Below, piece by piece: positions 48,531-58,046 of a stretch of 64,000 nucleotides of DNA; the stretch's first letter is position 1; the number at the start of each line of letters is the position of its first letter. Below the pieces are notes generated by a model. That model was not told the DNA's origin, ran no database searches, and saw only the letters and a list, made by a program, of their open reading frames with translations. Both the position numbers and the translations under genes were made by a program. The DNA comes from an uncultured bacterium (lineage in GTDB: Bacteria; Armatimonadota; SYMT01): positions 2,292-66,291 of the forward strand of contig CAZSRZ010000012.1 in NCBI GenBank assembly GCA_964609085.1, read 5' to 3'.

Positions 48531-49490
48531 GTGGAAGAACGTACAGTCGTCGACCCGGGGTTTGGCTACGCCGCCGGCTCCGAGGCCACAGTGGTCGTCG
48601 GGGCGCCGGTCGCTGGGGGCTTCGATGTTACCCAGCAAGCCATCGTCACCACCTGCCCGGTTTGCTCCGCCACGAACCCACCGGGCAACCGGTTCTGCCA
48701 GGACTGCGGCTATGTCGCGGGATCGATCGCCTCGGACGAGGTGCCGGAACTTGGCGAATCCGCGAAGCTGGTGGATGCCTCCGGCCGTGAGCATTCGATC
48801 GACCAGGGGGCTAACAGCGTCGGCCGCGAGAGCGCGGATGTGCTTTTGCCCGACCCCACCGTGTCCCGACGACATGCCGTGCTGACGGTGGACGGGACGC
48901 AAGTGCTGATTGAGGACCTGGGCAGCACCAACGGCACCCAGATCTCGGGTCGCCGTCTCGTTCCGAATGAGAAGTCGGCAGCCTTCCACGGCGACCGGGT
49001 CTCCTTCGGGAAGGTGGAGTTAACCCTGCACCTCCCAGGCGCCCCCGCCAGGCCAGCATCTCTGCCGGCGCCGGGTCAGACCGCCGGACCGGCAGCGCAG
49101 GAGCCCGCCGTGGATCGGGGTCCGGTCCTGGCGGAGGTCACACTCCCGGACGGCTCGGTTCACTCGCTCTACGCCGGAGTGAACACCGTGGGGCGGCGCT
49201 CCACCAACCAGATCGTACTCCCAGACGCGTTCGCCTCGGGAGCGCATGCCGAGTTCCATGTCAGTGCGGACGGCACCGTCGAGATCGTGGACATCGGCAG
49301 CACGAATGGTTCCTTCTACGCGGGAGAGCGGCTCGCGCACGGGACGAGGATCACCCTCACCCCCGGCGACTCCGTCACACTCGGGAAGACGCTGGTAGCG
49401 CTCAACGCATCGCTGGAATCGAGGGCGGAACCGGAAACGATGGTGGTTGTGGAGGCTGGGTCGGCCGAAGACGAGGCCGCCCGGCCGTGA
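48531..49490 (+). CDS. zinc-ribbon + two FHA domains protein
   Basis: The zinc ribbon is 'CPVCSATNPPGNRFCQDCG'. FHA motifs are seen twice ('GANSVGRESADVLLPDPTVSRRHAVL...STNGTQI' and 'GVNTVGRRSTNQIVLPDAFASGAHAEF...STNGSF'). Confidence 0.75.
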   Translation: MEERTVVDPGFGYAAGSEATVVVGAPVAGGFDVTQQAIVTTCPVCSATNPPGNRFCQDCGYVAGSIASDEVPELGESAKLVDASGREHSIDQGANSVGRESADVLLPDPTVSRRHAVLTVDGTQVLIEDLGSTNGTQISGRRLVPNEKSAAFHGDRVSFGKVELTLHLPGAPARPASLPAPGQTAGPAAQEPAVDRGPVLAEVTLPDGSVHSLYAGVNTVGRRSTNQIVLPDAFASGAHAEFHVSADGTVEIVDIGSTNGSFYAGERLAHGTRITLTPGDSVTLGKTLVALNASLESRAEPETMVVVEAGSAEDEAARP

Positions 49491-50488
49491 TGCGGGACGA
49501 GCAGGAAGTGACAGCGCCGCTCGACACCGCGGAATTGGAGTCGGGCTGGGCCACCAAGCAGCCCTCGCAGCCGCGGAAGCACACCTATCTGCTCTGCGCC
49601 GCGAAGACCGACCTGGGCCAGGTTCGGGAAAACAACGAGGACAAGTTCGACAGCTTCGAGCCGGATGATCCGGCGACACTGGCGACCAAGGGGCGGGTGT
49701 ACGCCGTCGCCGACGGGATGGGTGGCTACTCCGCGGGGCAGATCGCTTCCGAAATGGCGCTGAACGTCTTCATCCGCGCCTACCTGGCGCATCGCAGCCC
49801 GGACATCGAACGGGCGCTGAAGGACGCGGTGCGGGAGGCGAACGAGTTCGTCGTGGGCGTCGCGAAGACTGTCCCCGGGCGCAACGGAATGGGCACCACA
49901 CTGACGGCCGCCGTGATTCGCGACGACGACATGTTCGTCACGCAGGTAGGGGACAGCCGGTGCTACCTGCTTCGGGACGGGGTGCTCGATCAGTTGACTG
50001 AGGACCATTCCTGGGTGGCAGAGCAGGTCCGCTCCGGAGCCATGTCGCTTGCCGAAGCCGAGCAGTCACCCTTCCGGAACGTGATCACGCGCTCCATTGG
50101 CGGGCAGCCGCAGGTTGTGGCGGATGTCTATGCCCTGACGCTGCAGCCGGGCGATCGAATCCTTCTCTGCTCGGACGGGTTGAGTGGCTTCATCCCACCG
50201 ACAGAGCTGTTTGAGATTCTCTCCGACGGCTCCGCTTCGGTCGCCGCCTGGAACATGATCGAACGCGCCAATCATCATGGGGGGCGGGACAACATCACCG
50301 CCTACGTGCTCGACATCGTCGATATTGTGGATTGGCATACGACGGATCCAGACCCGGAATCTGCCCGCGAGCCCGGACACACCAATGGGAATTCCCGAAC
50401 CGTCGAGCCCCTGCCTGCCGCTGAAGCCACGCCTGCATCGGAGGGTGGACGCGGGGGACTGATGGGGCGCCTCTTCGGCCGAGGCTGA
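49487..50488 (+). CDS. PP2C-family Ser/Thr protein phosphatase
   Basis: Motifs 'YAVADGMGGYSAGQIAS', 'GTTLTAAV' and 'LLCSDGLS' are present. Confidence 0.8.
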   Translation: MMRDEQEVTAPLDTAELESGWATKQPSQPRKHTYLLCAAKTDLGQVRENNEDKFDSFEPDDPATLATKGRVYAVADGMGGYSAGQIASEMALNVFIRAYLAHRSPDIERALKDAVREANEFVVGVAKTVPGRNGMGTTLTAAVIRDDDMFVTQVGDSRCYLLRDGVLDQLTEDHSWVAEQVRSGAMSLAEAEQSPFRNVITRSIGGQPQVVADVYALTLQPGDRILLCSDGLSGFIPPTELFEILSDGSASVAAWNMIERANHHGGRDNITAYVLDIVDIVDWHTTDPDPESAREPGHTNGNSRTVEPLPAAEATPASEGGRGGLMGRLFGRG

Positions 50489-50591
50489 AGCCGGCTGTCC
50501 CCGGGTGCCGGGCTCCGGTAGAATCAGTCGAACAGGCGCCGCCCGTGGGTCGTCTCGTTGACAGGACACCGCTGCAAACCCGGAACCTCGC

Positions 50592-52496
50592 GTGCAGACT
50601 TCGAACACACTTGGTCGCTACCAGATCCTCCGCGAGCTGGCCCGCAGCAACGACATCGTCTACGAGGCCCGGGATCCATCAGGGCTTCGCGTCGCCCTCA
50701 AGGAACTGCAGGTGCCGGCCAATCTCGTGGGTCGCGCCCGCACCGAGAGGATCGCTCGGTTCACGCGGGAGGCACGGGCGGCCGCCAGCCTGAAGCATCC
50801 GAACATCGTCCATATCCATGACCATGGCGACGTGCAGGGTCGCTACTTCATTGCGATGGAGTTCCTGCAGGGTCAGTCACTGCGTGACGTGCTGCGACAG
50901 CGGGGCGCACTCCCGGCGAGCGACGCCATCAACATCGCCGCGAAGGTGGCGGAAGGGCTGGCTTATGCCCACAAGCACGGCGTCGTGCACCGGGACGTCA
51001 AGCCGGACAACGTGCACATGGAACCGGATGGGCGCGTCGTCATCACCGACTTCGGCATCGCCCGGCTCACCTTCGAACCCACCCTGACGGCGGAAGGCCA
51101 GGTGTTCGGCACTCCCAGCTATATGTCGCCCGAACAGGTGACGGGCAAGGGGATTGATCACCGCAGCGATGTCTTTTCTCTGGGCGTGATGCTTTACGAG
51201 ATGGTGGCAGGCCGGAAGCCGTTTAGCGGCGACAGCGTCATCACCATCACCTACAACATCATGAACATGGAGCCGTCTCCTCTCGCGAATGGACCGACCG
51301 GCCTGGACGCCGTCATCCGTCGCGCCATGGCCAAAGACCCGAATCGGCGGTACGCAAACTGCGCCGAGTTGATTGAGGACCTCCAGTCGATCCAGCAGGG
51401 GCGGCGCCCTGCGCATGCGGACAGGATGCCTCCAGCTCGAGTGGGCGGCGCCGCCCCCGCCCGCCCATCAGGAACGCAGGCCCGGCATCCCGCGCCCCCG
51501 GCACCCCGGCCGCAGCCTCGCCCGGCCCCGCGGGCAGCAGGGCCGCTGCCGCATCCTGCCCCGGGATATCCCGCGCCGGTTCGCCAGGGCGCTTCGCCGG
51601 GGGCGCCCGTGCGCGGTGCCCGCCCAGCCGCGCCACCCACACACCAGATTCCAGCGCCGGTGCCGGTCTACCACTCGTCCCCCCAACGGGGCGGGCTCGA
51701 TCTCCGGTGGTTGCTGGGCTGGCTCGGTCTGGCCGTACTCGTCGGGCTGATGATCATCGGGATTGTTTGGGTGAGTGTGACCGCCCTGGATCGCTTCCGT
51801 GTGGAGACCAGTGTGCGCGACGCCGAGAGAGCGCATACGATCGCGGCGGCGGACTTCCAGGCAGGGCGGTATGAGGAGGCGCTGCGGGGGTATCTCGCGG
51901 CGGAAAAAGGCCTCTCCGGCCCCCGCCTCCTGGTGGTGCAAAAGAATGCGGCCAACGCCGCCGTGGCGCTGGCTGATCGGGCGCTGGAACAGAAGGATGC
52001 GGCCCGCGCGGAGTCGTTCGCTCGCCAGGCCGTGCAGCAGAACCCGGACGAACCGGCCGCCCGGTTGTCGCTGGGCAGAGCGCTGGCGCTGCTGGGGCGC
52101 GTGGATGAGGCCCTGCAGGAGTTTGGACAGGTCGAGGGGGCGGCGGAGCGCGCCCGACGAACGGACACGCCGGCCGAGGCGGCCCTCCATCGAAAGACGG
52201 TCGAGGCCCTGCCGCTGTGGCGCGCGGCAACGACCTACGCGGACGGCGTGGCGCTGGCTGAGACGAACCCCCAGCTCGCCCGCCAGCGATTTCAAATGAC
52301 CGTGGATGCCGCGCCAGCCTCCGATTTCGCCAGAAACGCGCGAGATTACATCCTGCGGATCGACTCTGCCGCTCGGGCCGGCACGCCCCTCAGCCCGCCA
52401 TCCGATCCGCCAGGCGGGCAGCCTGGGGGCGTCGGCGGCTCGCCGGAACGGCCCCCTGGCTGGACGGATCCTGGGTTCAGGGCCAGTGATCCCTGA
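50592..52496 (+). CDS. Hanks-type Ser/Thr protein kinase with TM segment and C-terminal TPR region
   Basis: Kinase motifs are 'VALKEL', 'HRDVKPDNVHM', 'DFGIAR' and 'GTPSYMSPEQ'. A Pro-rich linker, a TM helix 'LGWLGLAVLVGLMIIGIVWV' and TPR-like repeats follow. The start codon is GTG. Confidence 0.85.
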   Translation: MQTSNTLGRYQILRELARSNDIVYEARDPSGLRVALKELQVPANLVGRARTERIARFTREARAAASLKHPNIVHIHDHGDVQGRYFIAMEFLQGQSLRDVLRQRGALPASDAINIAAKVAEGLAYAHKHGVVHRDVKPDNVHMEPDGRVVITDFGIARLTFEPTLTAEGQVFGTPSYMSPEQVTGKGIDHRSDVFSLGVMLYEMVAGRKPFSGDSVITITYNIMNMEPSPLANGPTGLDAVIRRAMAKDPNRRYANCAELIEDLQSIQQGRRPAHADRMPPARVGGAAPARPSGTQARHPAPPAPRPQPRPAPRAAGPLPHPAPGYPAPVRQGASPGAPVRGARPAAPPTHQIPAPVPVYHSSPQRGGLDLRWLLGWLGLAVLVGLMIIGIVWVSVTALDRFRVETSVRDAERAHTIAAADFQAGRYEEALRGYLAAEKGLSGPRLLVVQKNAANAAVALADRALEQKDAARAESFARQAVQQNPDEPAARLSLGRALALLGRVDEALQEFGQVEGAAERARRTDTPAEAALHRKTVEALPLWRAATTYADGVALAETNPQLARQRFQMTVDAAPASDFARNARDYILRIDSAARAGTPLSPPSDPPGGQPGGVGGSPERPPGWTDPGFRASDP

Positions 52497-53430
52497 GGTG
52501 CGGACGCCCGGCAGCGAAGAGGCCGCCGCGCTGGTGGCCCGCGCCAATCTGGCCCGGCTCCGGGGACAGTGGGCCGAGGCCACCACCTTGTGCACGGCCG
52601 CCATCCGGGCGGATCCCTCCAATGCCTCTGCATGCTCGTTGCTGGGCGATGTCTACTTCGAGCAAGGGCGACCTGAGGAGGCAGAGCACTGGTATAGCGT
52701 CGCTCTCGAGATCCAGCCGGACAACCCTGCGGACCGCGGGCGACTTGAGAGGGTTCGTTCGTCCAGAGACGTGCAGCGCCTGCAGGCCGAGTGGGAAGCC
52801 GTCGTGGAGGGCCGGGTGCGATCCCTCCCGCGCGGCGACGTGGTCCGAGAGACGGTGCTCCGCGTGGCCACGATTGTGGGCACCTCCCTGTGCGCGATCG
52901 TGCTGGTGATGGCGGTGATCGTCTCCCTGATGGACCCAGTCGGTGGCACGGGAGCAACCGCAAACCTGCCGACGGCGGTGCCCCCACCGGCCGGGAGTAG
53001 CAGTGGGACCGCATTTGAAACCACCGCCGAACAGGATCTGTATCTGCGCCTGCGCCAGGCGATGGTGCGATCCATGGGGCAGGTGGTTCGACTCGAACTG
53101 GATCCGCGCGACCAGTCGGCCACCCTGCGGATCGTCGTGCCCGCATCCATCAGGGATCGGCTTCAGTCCGCCCCATATCGGCTTGAGCTGATGCGCGAGG
53201 GCTATCGGTTCGCCTGGAAGCTCGCCGAGTTGGATCGCAGTCTCAAGTCCGTCCACCTGCGCGTCATCCGCCCCGATGGCGCCACGCGTACGGCTACACG
53301 GGGCGAAGTGGAACTCCTGGCGGCAGTGCCCTGCGACAGCGCCGTGACGCCCGAGCGAGCAACGCCCACAGAGTTGGAGCAGCTTTACTCCGCGCTTGGT
53401 CAGCCACTCTGGGCTCCGGGGCTGCGCTGA
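52486..53430 (+). CDS. TPR-repeat membrane protein
   Basis: TPR motifs ('CSLLGDVYFEQGRPEEAEHWYSVALEIQPDN') are followed by a TM helix 'IVGTSLCAIVLVMAVIVSLM'. The start is uncertain (GTG near 52486). Confidence 0.5.
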   Translation: MIPEVRTPGSEEAAALVARANLARLRGQWAEATTLCTAAIRADPSNASACSLLGDVYFEQGRPEEAEHWYSVALEIQPDNPADRGRLERVRSSRDVQRLQAEWEAVVEGRVRSLPRGDVVRETVLRVATIVGTSLCAIVLVMAVIVSLMDPVGGTGATANLPTAVPPPAGSSSGTAFETTAEQDLYLRLRQAMVRSMGQVVRLELDPRDQSATLRIVVPASIRDRLQSAPYRLELMREGYRFAWKLAELDRSLKSVHLRVIRPDGATRTATRGEVELLAAVPCDSAVTPERATPTELEQLYSALGQPLWAPGLR

Positions 53431-53495
53431 TCAAGCGTGGGCCGGGATCCGGCTGCCCGTCTGATCCTCCGAGGCGCGCTCGTTCGCAGATATAC

Positions 53496-53975
53496 TTGCC
53501 GGACGCCCATCGGAGCCCCCACTTGCCCCACATCCAGACCAGCATCGACATCGCCGCCCTGCCGGATTCCGTGTTCGCCATCGCCCGTGATGTGGAACGA
53601 TTCCCCGACTTCATGCCGGAAGTTCAGCGCATCACCATCCTCGAGGGCGGTCCCGCGGACGAGCGCCAGGTGGTGGAGTGGGTGGGGATCATTCCGGCCT
53701 TCCGGCTCACTATCAAGTGGTCCGAGGAAGACCTCTGGGACCCGATCGCCCGCACATGTCGTTTCAACCAGGTAAAGGGCGACTTCAAAGAGTACTCGGG
53801 GGAGTGGCGGTTCCAACCAACGGAGACGGGCACCCGCTTTGAGTCGGACCTGCACTACGAGATCGAAATCCCCACGATCGGCCCCCTCATACGGGGAGTG
53901 GTGCGGAAGATCATGACCGACAACGTAAACCGCCTCCAGGCGGCGATCAAGCGCCGAGCAGAAGAGCCTGCCTAG
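53496..53975 (+). CDS. SRPBCC-superfamily protein (RatA/COQ10-like polyketide cyclase fold)
   Basis: 'IQTSIDIAALPDSVFAIARDVERFPDFMPEV' is the typical start of the START/Bet v1-like fold. The protein is 159 aa. Confidence 0.6.
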   Translation: MPDAHRSPHLPHIQTSIDIAALPDSVFAIARDVERFPDFMPEVQRITILEGGPADERQVVEWVGIIPAFRLTIKWSEEDLWDPIARTCRFNQVKGDFKEYSGEWRFQPTETGTRFESDLHYEIEIPTIGPLIRGVVRKIMTDNVNRLQAAIKRRAEEPA

Positions 53976-54075
53976 TGCCGCCGGGCAGGTTGGCCACGTC
54001 CGGGCTTGCCGGGCGGTGCTATCATAGTCCGGCCGCCGGGAACCGGCGGTGACGAGAGATTTGAGGTAGGTAGGA

Positions 54076-55233
54076 ATGGGCGAAATGATGAAGGCGATCC
54101 GCAAGCTTCACGCGGGTCCAGGTCTCGAGATCGCGGAAGTCCCCATCCCGCATCCGGGGCCGGAGGAAGTCCTGGTGCAGGTCGAGGCTGCCAGCCTCTG
54201 CGGCACGGATCTCCACATCAACCAGTGGGACCAGTGGTCTCAGCAGCGAATCAAGCCGCCGTTGACGCTGGGGCACGAGTTTGCCGGGACCGTCGTCGAG
54301 GTAGGCAAGCAGGTCCGGCAGGTCAAGGTCGGGGACTACGTCTCGGCGGAGAGCCACATCACCTGCGGCATGTGCTACCACTGCCGCACCGGCCAGGCGC
54401 ATATGTGCGAGAACACTCGCATTCTGGGCGTAGACCGGGACGGCGCGTTTACGACCTACGTCGCCGTGCCGGAGGCGGTGATCTGGCAGAACGACCGCTC
54501 CCGCCTGCCCCCGGAAATCGCCACGCTTCAGGAGCCGTTCGGCAACGCCGTTTTTGCCACGAGCGCTCAGGATCTGGCCGGAAAATCGGTGGCAGTCCTC
54601 GGTTGTGGGCCGATCGGTCTCTTCACGATCGGCATCTGCCGTGCGTCGGGGGCCTCAGTGGTCCTCGCTTCGGATCTCTCCCCCTTCCGCATCGGCTTGG
54701 CCGGGAAGATGGGAGCCTCCGCGGTCCTGGATGTTCGGCAGAGCGACGACGTCCCCGGCTGGTACCGCGAGCAGAATGAGGGCTTCGGGGTGGATGTCGT
54801 CTTTGAGATGTCCGGCTCTCCCCGCGCGATCACCGATGCCTTCAAGATCGTGCGCAACGGTGGGCGCGTCATCCTGTTCGGCATCCCATCCCGGCCGGTG
54901 GAGATCGATGTCGCCGAGGCGTTGATCTTTAAGAATCTCAACGTTCTGGCCCTGAACGGGCGGCGCATCTTCGAGACGTGGTACAAGACCCGCTGGCTAT
55001 TGGAAAGCGGGGTGGTGGACCTACGGCCGCTCATCACCCATCGATATCCGATCGACAGCGTCGATACGGCTCTGGGTCAACTTCAGGCGGGAGAGGCGTG
55101 CAAGATCATCGTCTTTCCGGGGAAGTCCGCGAAGGAGATTCCCGGCGTGTCGCTTCCCGACGCGTCGACGCCCATCCCCGCCGAGGGTGAGACGCCCGCA
55201 CTCGCGGGGACGCCGGCCTGGACCCATCGATGA
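54076..55233 (+). CDS. tdh: L-threonine 3-dehydrogenase
   Basis: It is collinear with E. coli Tdh by eye: 'CGTDLHINQWDQWSQQRIKPPLTLGHEFAGTVVEVG', 'GESHITCGMCYHCRTGQAHMCEN' and 'FETWYK'. Confidence 0.85.
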   Translation: MGEMMKAIRKLHAGPGLEIAEVPIPHPGPEEVLVQVEAASLCGTDLHINQWDQWSQQRIKPPLTLGHEFAGTVVEVGKQVRQVKVGDYVSAESHITCGMCYHCRTGQAHMCENTRILGVDRDGAFTTYVAVPEAVIWQNDRSRLPPEIATLQEPFGNAVFATSAQDLAGKSVAVLGCGPIGLFTIGICRASGASVVLASDLSPFRIGLAGKMGASAVLDVRQSDDVPGWYREQNEGFGVDVVFEMSGSPRAITDAFKIVRNGGRVILFGIPSRPVEIDVAEALIFKNLNVLALNGRRIFETWYKTRWLLESGVVDLRPLITHRYPIDSVDTALGQLQAGEACKIIVFPGKSAKEIPGVSLPDASTPIPAEGETPALAGTPAWTHR

Positions 55234-56423
55234 GTCGCGTTTTCCGAGAGTGGTTGTCCGCCGAGTTGGACGGACTTCGGACGGCGGGCACCTACAAGCG
55301 CTTCAACACCCTCCTCTCGCCGCAAGACGCCGTGGTGACGATGGCGGGTCGGGGTGAGGTGCTGGTGCTCTCCTCGAACAACTATCTCGGCCTGGCCGGC
55401 CACCCGGATGTCATCCGGGCGGGGCAGGAGGGTCTGGCTCACTACGGCGCCGGCACGGGGAGCGTGCGCTTCATTTGCGGCCTGTTCCAGCCGCACCTGG
55501 AGTTGGAGCAGGCCGCGGCGGACCTCGTCGGCTGCGAGGCCGCGCTCTCATTTGTCTCCTGTTGGAACGCCAATGAGGCCGTCATCCCGACACTCTGCGA
55601 CAGCAGCACGGTGTTGCTCTCCGATGAGTTGAACCACGCCAGCATCATCGACGCAATGCGACTGTCGAAGCCGGCTCGCAAGGTGATCTATCGGCACGCG
55701 GCGATGGATCATCTGCGAGAGGGGCTGGAGAGCTGCTCGCCCGGCCAGCGGAAGATCATCGTCACCGACGGCGTCTTCAGCATGGAGGGCGATCTGGCGC
55801 CGCTTCCGGACATCCTGGCACTGGCCCGGGCACATGATGCCCTGGTGATCGTGGACGACTCGCATGGATCAGGCGTCATGGGTCACACCGGCCGCGGTGT
55901 CGCGGAGCACTTCGGCGTGTTGGGGGAGGTCGACGTGATCACCAGCACGCTGGGCAAGGCGCTCGGTGGGGCAGCGGGCGGGTTCGTCGCCGGGTCCGCT
56001 GACTTGTGCGACTACCTGGCCCAGCGAGCGCGGCCCCAGCTCTTCTCGAACGCGCTCCCCCCCACCGTCGCGTGCAGTGCCCGGAAGGCGATTGAGATCC
56101 TGCGTTCGGAGCCGGAACGGGTGGAAAAGCTCCACGCGAACACCGCCTACTTCCGCCGCCGCATTCGAGAGGCGGGCTTCAAGCCTCTGGACGGCGAGGG
56201 AGCCATCGTCCCCATCATCGTGGGCGAGACCGCCTTTGCCATCCGCATCAGCCAGTTGCTGTTGGATCAGGGCGTCTTCGTCACCGGCTTCGGCTTTCCC
56301 GTTGTGCCCGAGGGGACTGCCCGCATCCGCGTCCAGATCAGCGCGGCACATGATGTCGAGCAGCTCGAGCGGGCGGTATCGGCGTTCGAGGGCGTCGGTC
56401 GGTCAGTCGGATTGCTCAACTAG
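55230..56423 (+). CDS. kbl: glycine C-acetyltransferase (2-amino-3-ketobutyrate CoA ligase)
   Basis: It is an alpha-oxoamine synthase with 'DDSHGSGVMGHTGRG' and the PLP-lysine motif 'TSTLGKALGGAAGGF'. It overlaps the tdh stop, giving the classic tdh-kbl pair. Confidence 0.85.
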   Translation: MSRVFREWLSAELDGLRTAGTYKRFNTLLSPQDAVVTMAGRGEVLVLSSNNYLGLAGHPDVIRAGQEGLAHYGAGTGSVRFICGLFQPHLELEQAAADLVGCEAALSFVSCWNANEAVIPTLCDSSTVLLSDELNHASIIDAMRLSKPARKVIYRHAAMDHLREGLESCSPGQRKIIVTDGVFSMEGDLAPLPDILALARAHDALVIVDDSHGSGVMGHTGRGVAEHFGVLGEVDVITSTLGKALGGAAGGFVAGSADLCDYLAQRARPQLFSNALPPTVACSARKAIEILRSEPERVEKLHANTAYFRRRIREAGFKPLDGEGAIVPIIVGETAFAIRISQLLLDQGVFVTGFGFPVVPEGTARIRVQISAAHDVEQLERAVSAFEGVGRSVGLLN

Positions 56424-56436
56424 CCGGGAGCGTCAA

Positions 56437-57606
56437 ATGCGCTTTCACTCCGCGCTCACCGTCGCGGCCACCGCGGAAGATGCCGGTTTAGAACTCACCT
56501 CGGCGGCGCGCGACGCGTGGGGAGGAGCGGGTCCGATCGACCTCGCGTTCCTCTTTTTCACGGGACACCACGCCGACTCTGCGCCCGAGCTGGCCGGATC
56601 GCTGCGGGCAACCCTGGGAATCAAGCATCTCCTCGGCGTCAGTTGCGAGGGTGTCATCGGCGAGCGGACGGAGATCGAGCGCGTCCCGGCTGTGGCATTG
56701 CTCACCGCGCGGCTGCCCGGGGTGAATCTTCAACCCTTCGCCGTCGAGGGTCGCGAGTGGTCGGAGCTGCTTCTGGACGAAGAGCGACTGCAGCGGCGCC
56801 TCGGAACCGGGCCGGGGCACGCCGGTCAGATCCTGTTGTCGGACCCTTTCAGTACTCCGATCGACGAGATCCTGCCCGGACTCGATGTTGTTCTCGGGCG
56901 CCCCACGGTCGGCGGGATGGCGAGCGGCTCCCATCAACCGGGCGGCAACATACTGATCTGCAACGACCGTGTGCTCAACGCCGGGTCTATCGGGGTGGGC
57001 ATCGGCGGCGCACTCAGCCTCACAACGCTCGTCAGCCAGGGCTGTCGACCGATTGGTCGCCCGATGGTCGTCACGCGATCGGACCGCAACGTCATTCTTG
57101 AGCTGGGGCGACGCCCAGCGCTAGCTGCCGCGCAAGAGATGTTGCGCGCCCTCCCGCCGGAGGAAGCAGAGATGCTCACGTCCGGACTCCTGATCGGAGT
57201 CGTACTCGACGAATACAGGTCCGAATTCACTCGCGGCGACTTCCTGATACGACCGCTGATGGGCGGCGATCGCGAGGCCGGCTCCATCGTGATGGGCGAC
57301 CTCATCCGGTCCGGCCAGACCATTCAGTTTCATGTGCGGGACGCAAGCACGGCGACCGAAGACCTGCGCGAACTGCTGACGCCGCACCTCGCGGAGCCGC
57401 CGCCCGCGGGTGCCCTCATTTTCAGTTGCAACGGCAGGGGGAGCCGGCTTTTCGAGGAAGCTGGCCACGATCTGGGCGCGCTGCAATCAGCTTTCCCGGG
57501 CCTTCCGACAGCAGGGTTTTTCGCGATGGGGGAATTGGGGCCGATCGCCGGTCGAACGCATCTGCACGGGCACACCGCCAGCATGCTGCTCATCCACCCG
57601 GCCTGA
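56437..57606 (+). CDS. FIST-domain sensory protein (FIST_N + FIST_C)
   Basis: FIST-like blocks are 'DLAFLFFTGHHADSAPELAGSL...LLGVSCEGVIGE' and, C-terminally, 'GALIFSCNGRGSRLFEE...PTAGFFAMGELGP'. The ATG at 56437 has a 'gggag' RBS 6 nt upstream. The gene starts 14 bp after kbl. Confidence 0.7.
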   Translation: MRFHSALTVAATAEDAGLELTSAARDAWGGAGPIDLAFLFFTGHHADSAPELAGSLRATLGIKHLLGVSCEGVIGERTEIERVPAVALLTARLPGVNLQPFAVEGREWSELLLDEERLQRRLGTGPGHAGQILLSDPFSTPIDEILPGLDVVLGRPTVGGMASGSHQPGGNILICNDRVLNAGSIGVGIGGALSLTTLVSQGCRPIGRPMVVTRSDRNVILELGRRPALAAAQEMLRALPPEEAEMLTSGLLIGVVLDEYRSEFTRGDFLIRPLMGGDREAGSIVMGDLIRSGQTIQFHVRDASTATEDLRELLTPHLAEPPPAGALIFSCNGRGSRLFEEAGHDLGALQSAFPGLPTAGFFAMGELGPIAGRTHLHGHTASMLLIHPA

Positions 57607-57619
57607 TCGGGCAGGCCGG
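57598..57619 (+). terminator. 8-bp stem-loop overlapping FIST stop codon
   Basis: CCGGCCTG-ATCGGG-CAGGCCGG is read directly. No U-tract follows. Confidence 0.3.
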
Positions 57620-57645
57620 GATAGGATGTGTCGCAGCAGACCCCC

Positions 57646-58046
57646 CACGCTCCCTCACGGCTGCGGCTCAGCGGGGGTGCTCCCGACCTGGGTGCGCGGG
57701 CGTCCCGGCCCGCCTGGCCTCCACGATCCATGGACCCGTCGGGGCACGTCGGCGGTGAATCGCGAGTGGCCGAGGACTCCAGGCACCAGACGGAGGCCGA
57801 GTCCGCTGGCGGCAATGGCACCACGCTCCCTGACGGCCGCGGCTCAGCGGGGGTGCTCCCGACCTGGGTGCGCGGGCGTCCCGGCCCGCCTAGCATCCAC
57901 GATCCATGGACCCGTCGGGGCACGTCGTCGGTGAATCGCGGGTGGCCGAGGACACCAGGCCCCGGGCCCCAGGCCCCAGACGGAGGCCGAGTCCGCTGGC
58001 GGCAATGGCACCACGCTCCCTGACGTCCGCGGCTCAGCGGGAGTGG
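57646..58046. repeat. tandem direct repeat, about 2.2 copies of a 176-190 bp GC-rich unit
   Basis: The unit starting 'CACGCTCCCTGACGGCCGCGGCTCAGCGGGGGTGCTCCCGACCTGGGTGCGCGGGCGTCCCGGCCCGCC...' recurs at 57646, 57822 and 58012 with over 90% identity. The second copy carries a 14-bp insertion (CCCGGGCCCCAGGC). The period is not a multiple of 3. Confidence 0.85.

Noticed and set aside
57646-58046. CRISPR array
   Set aside because: The units are 176-190 bp, directly abutting, without unique spacers. No cas genes are present in the window.
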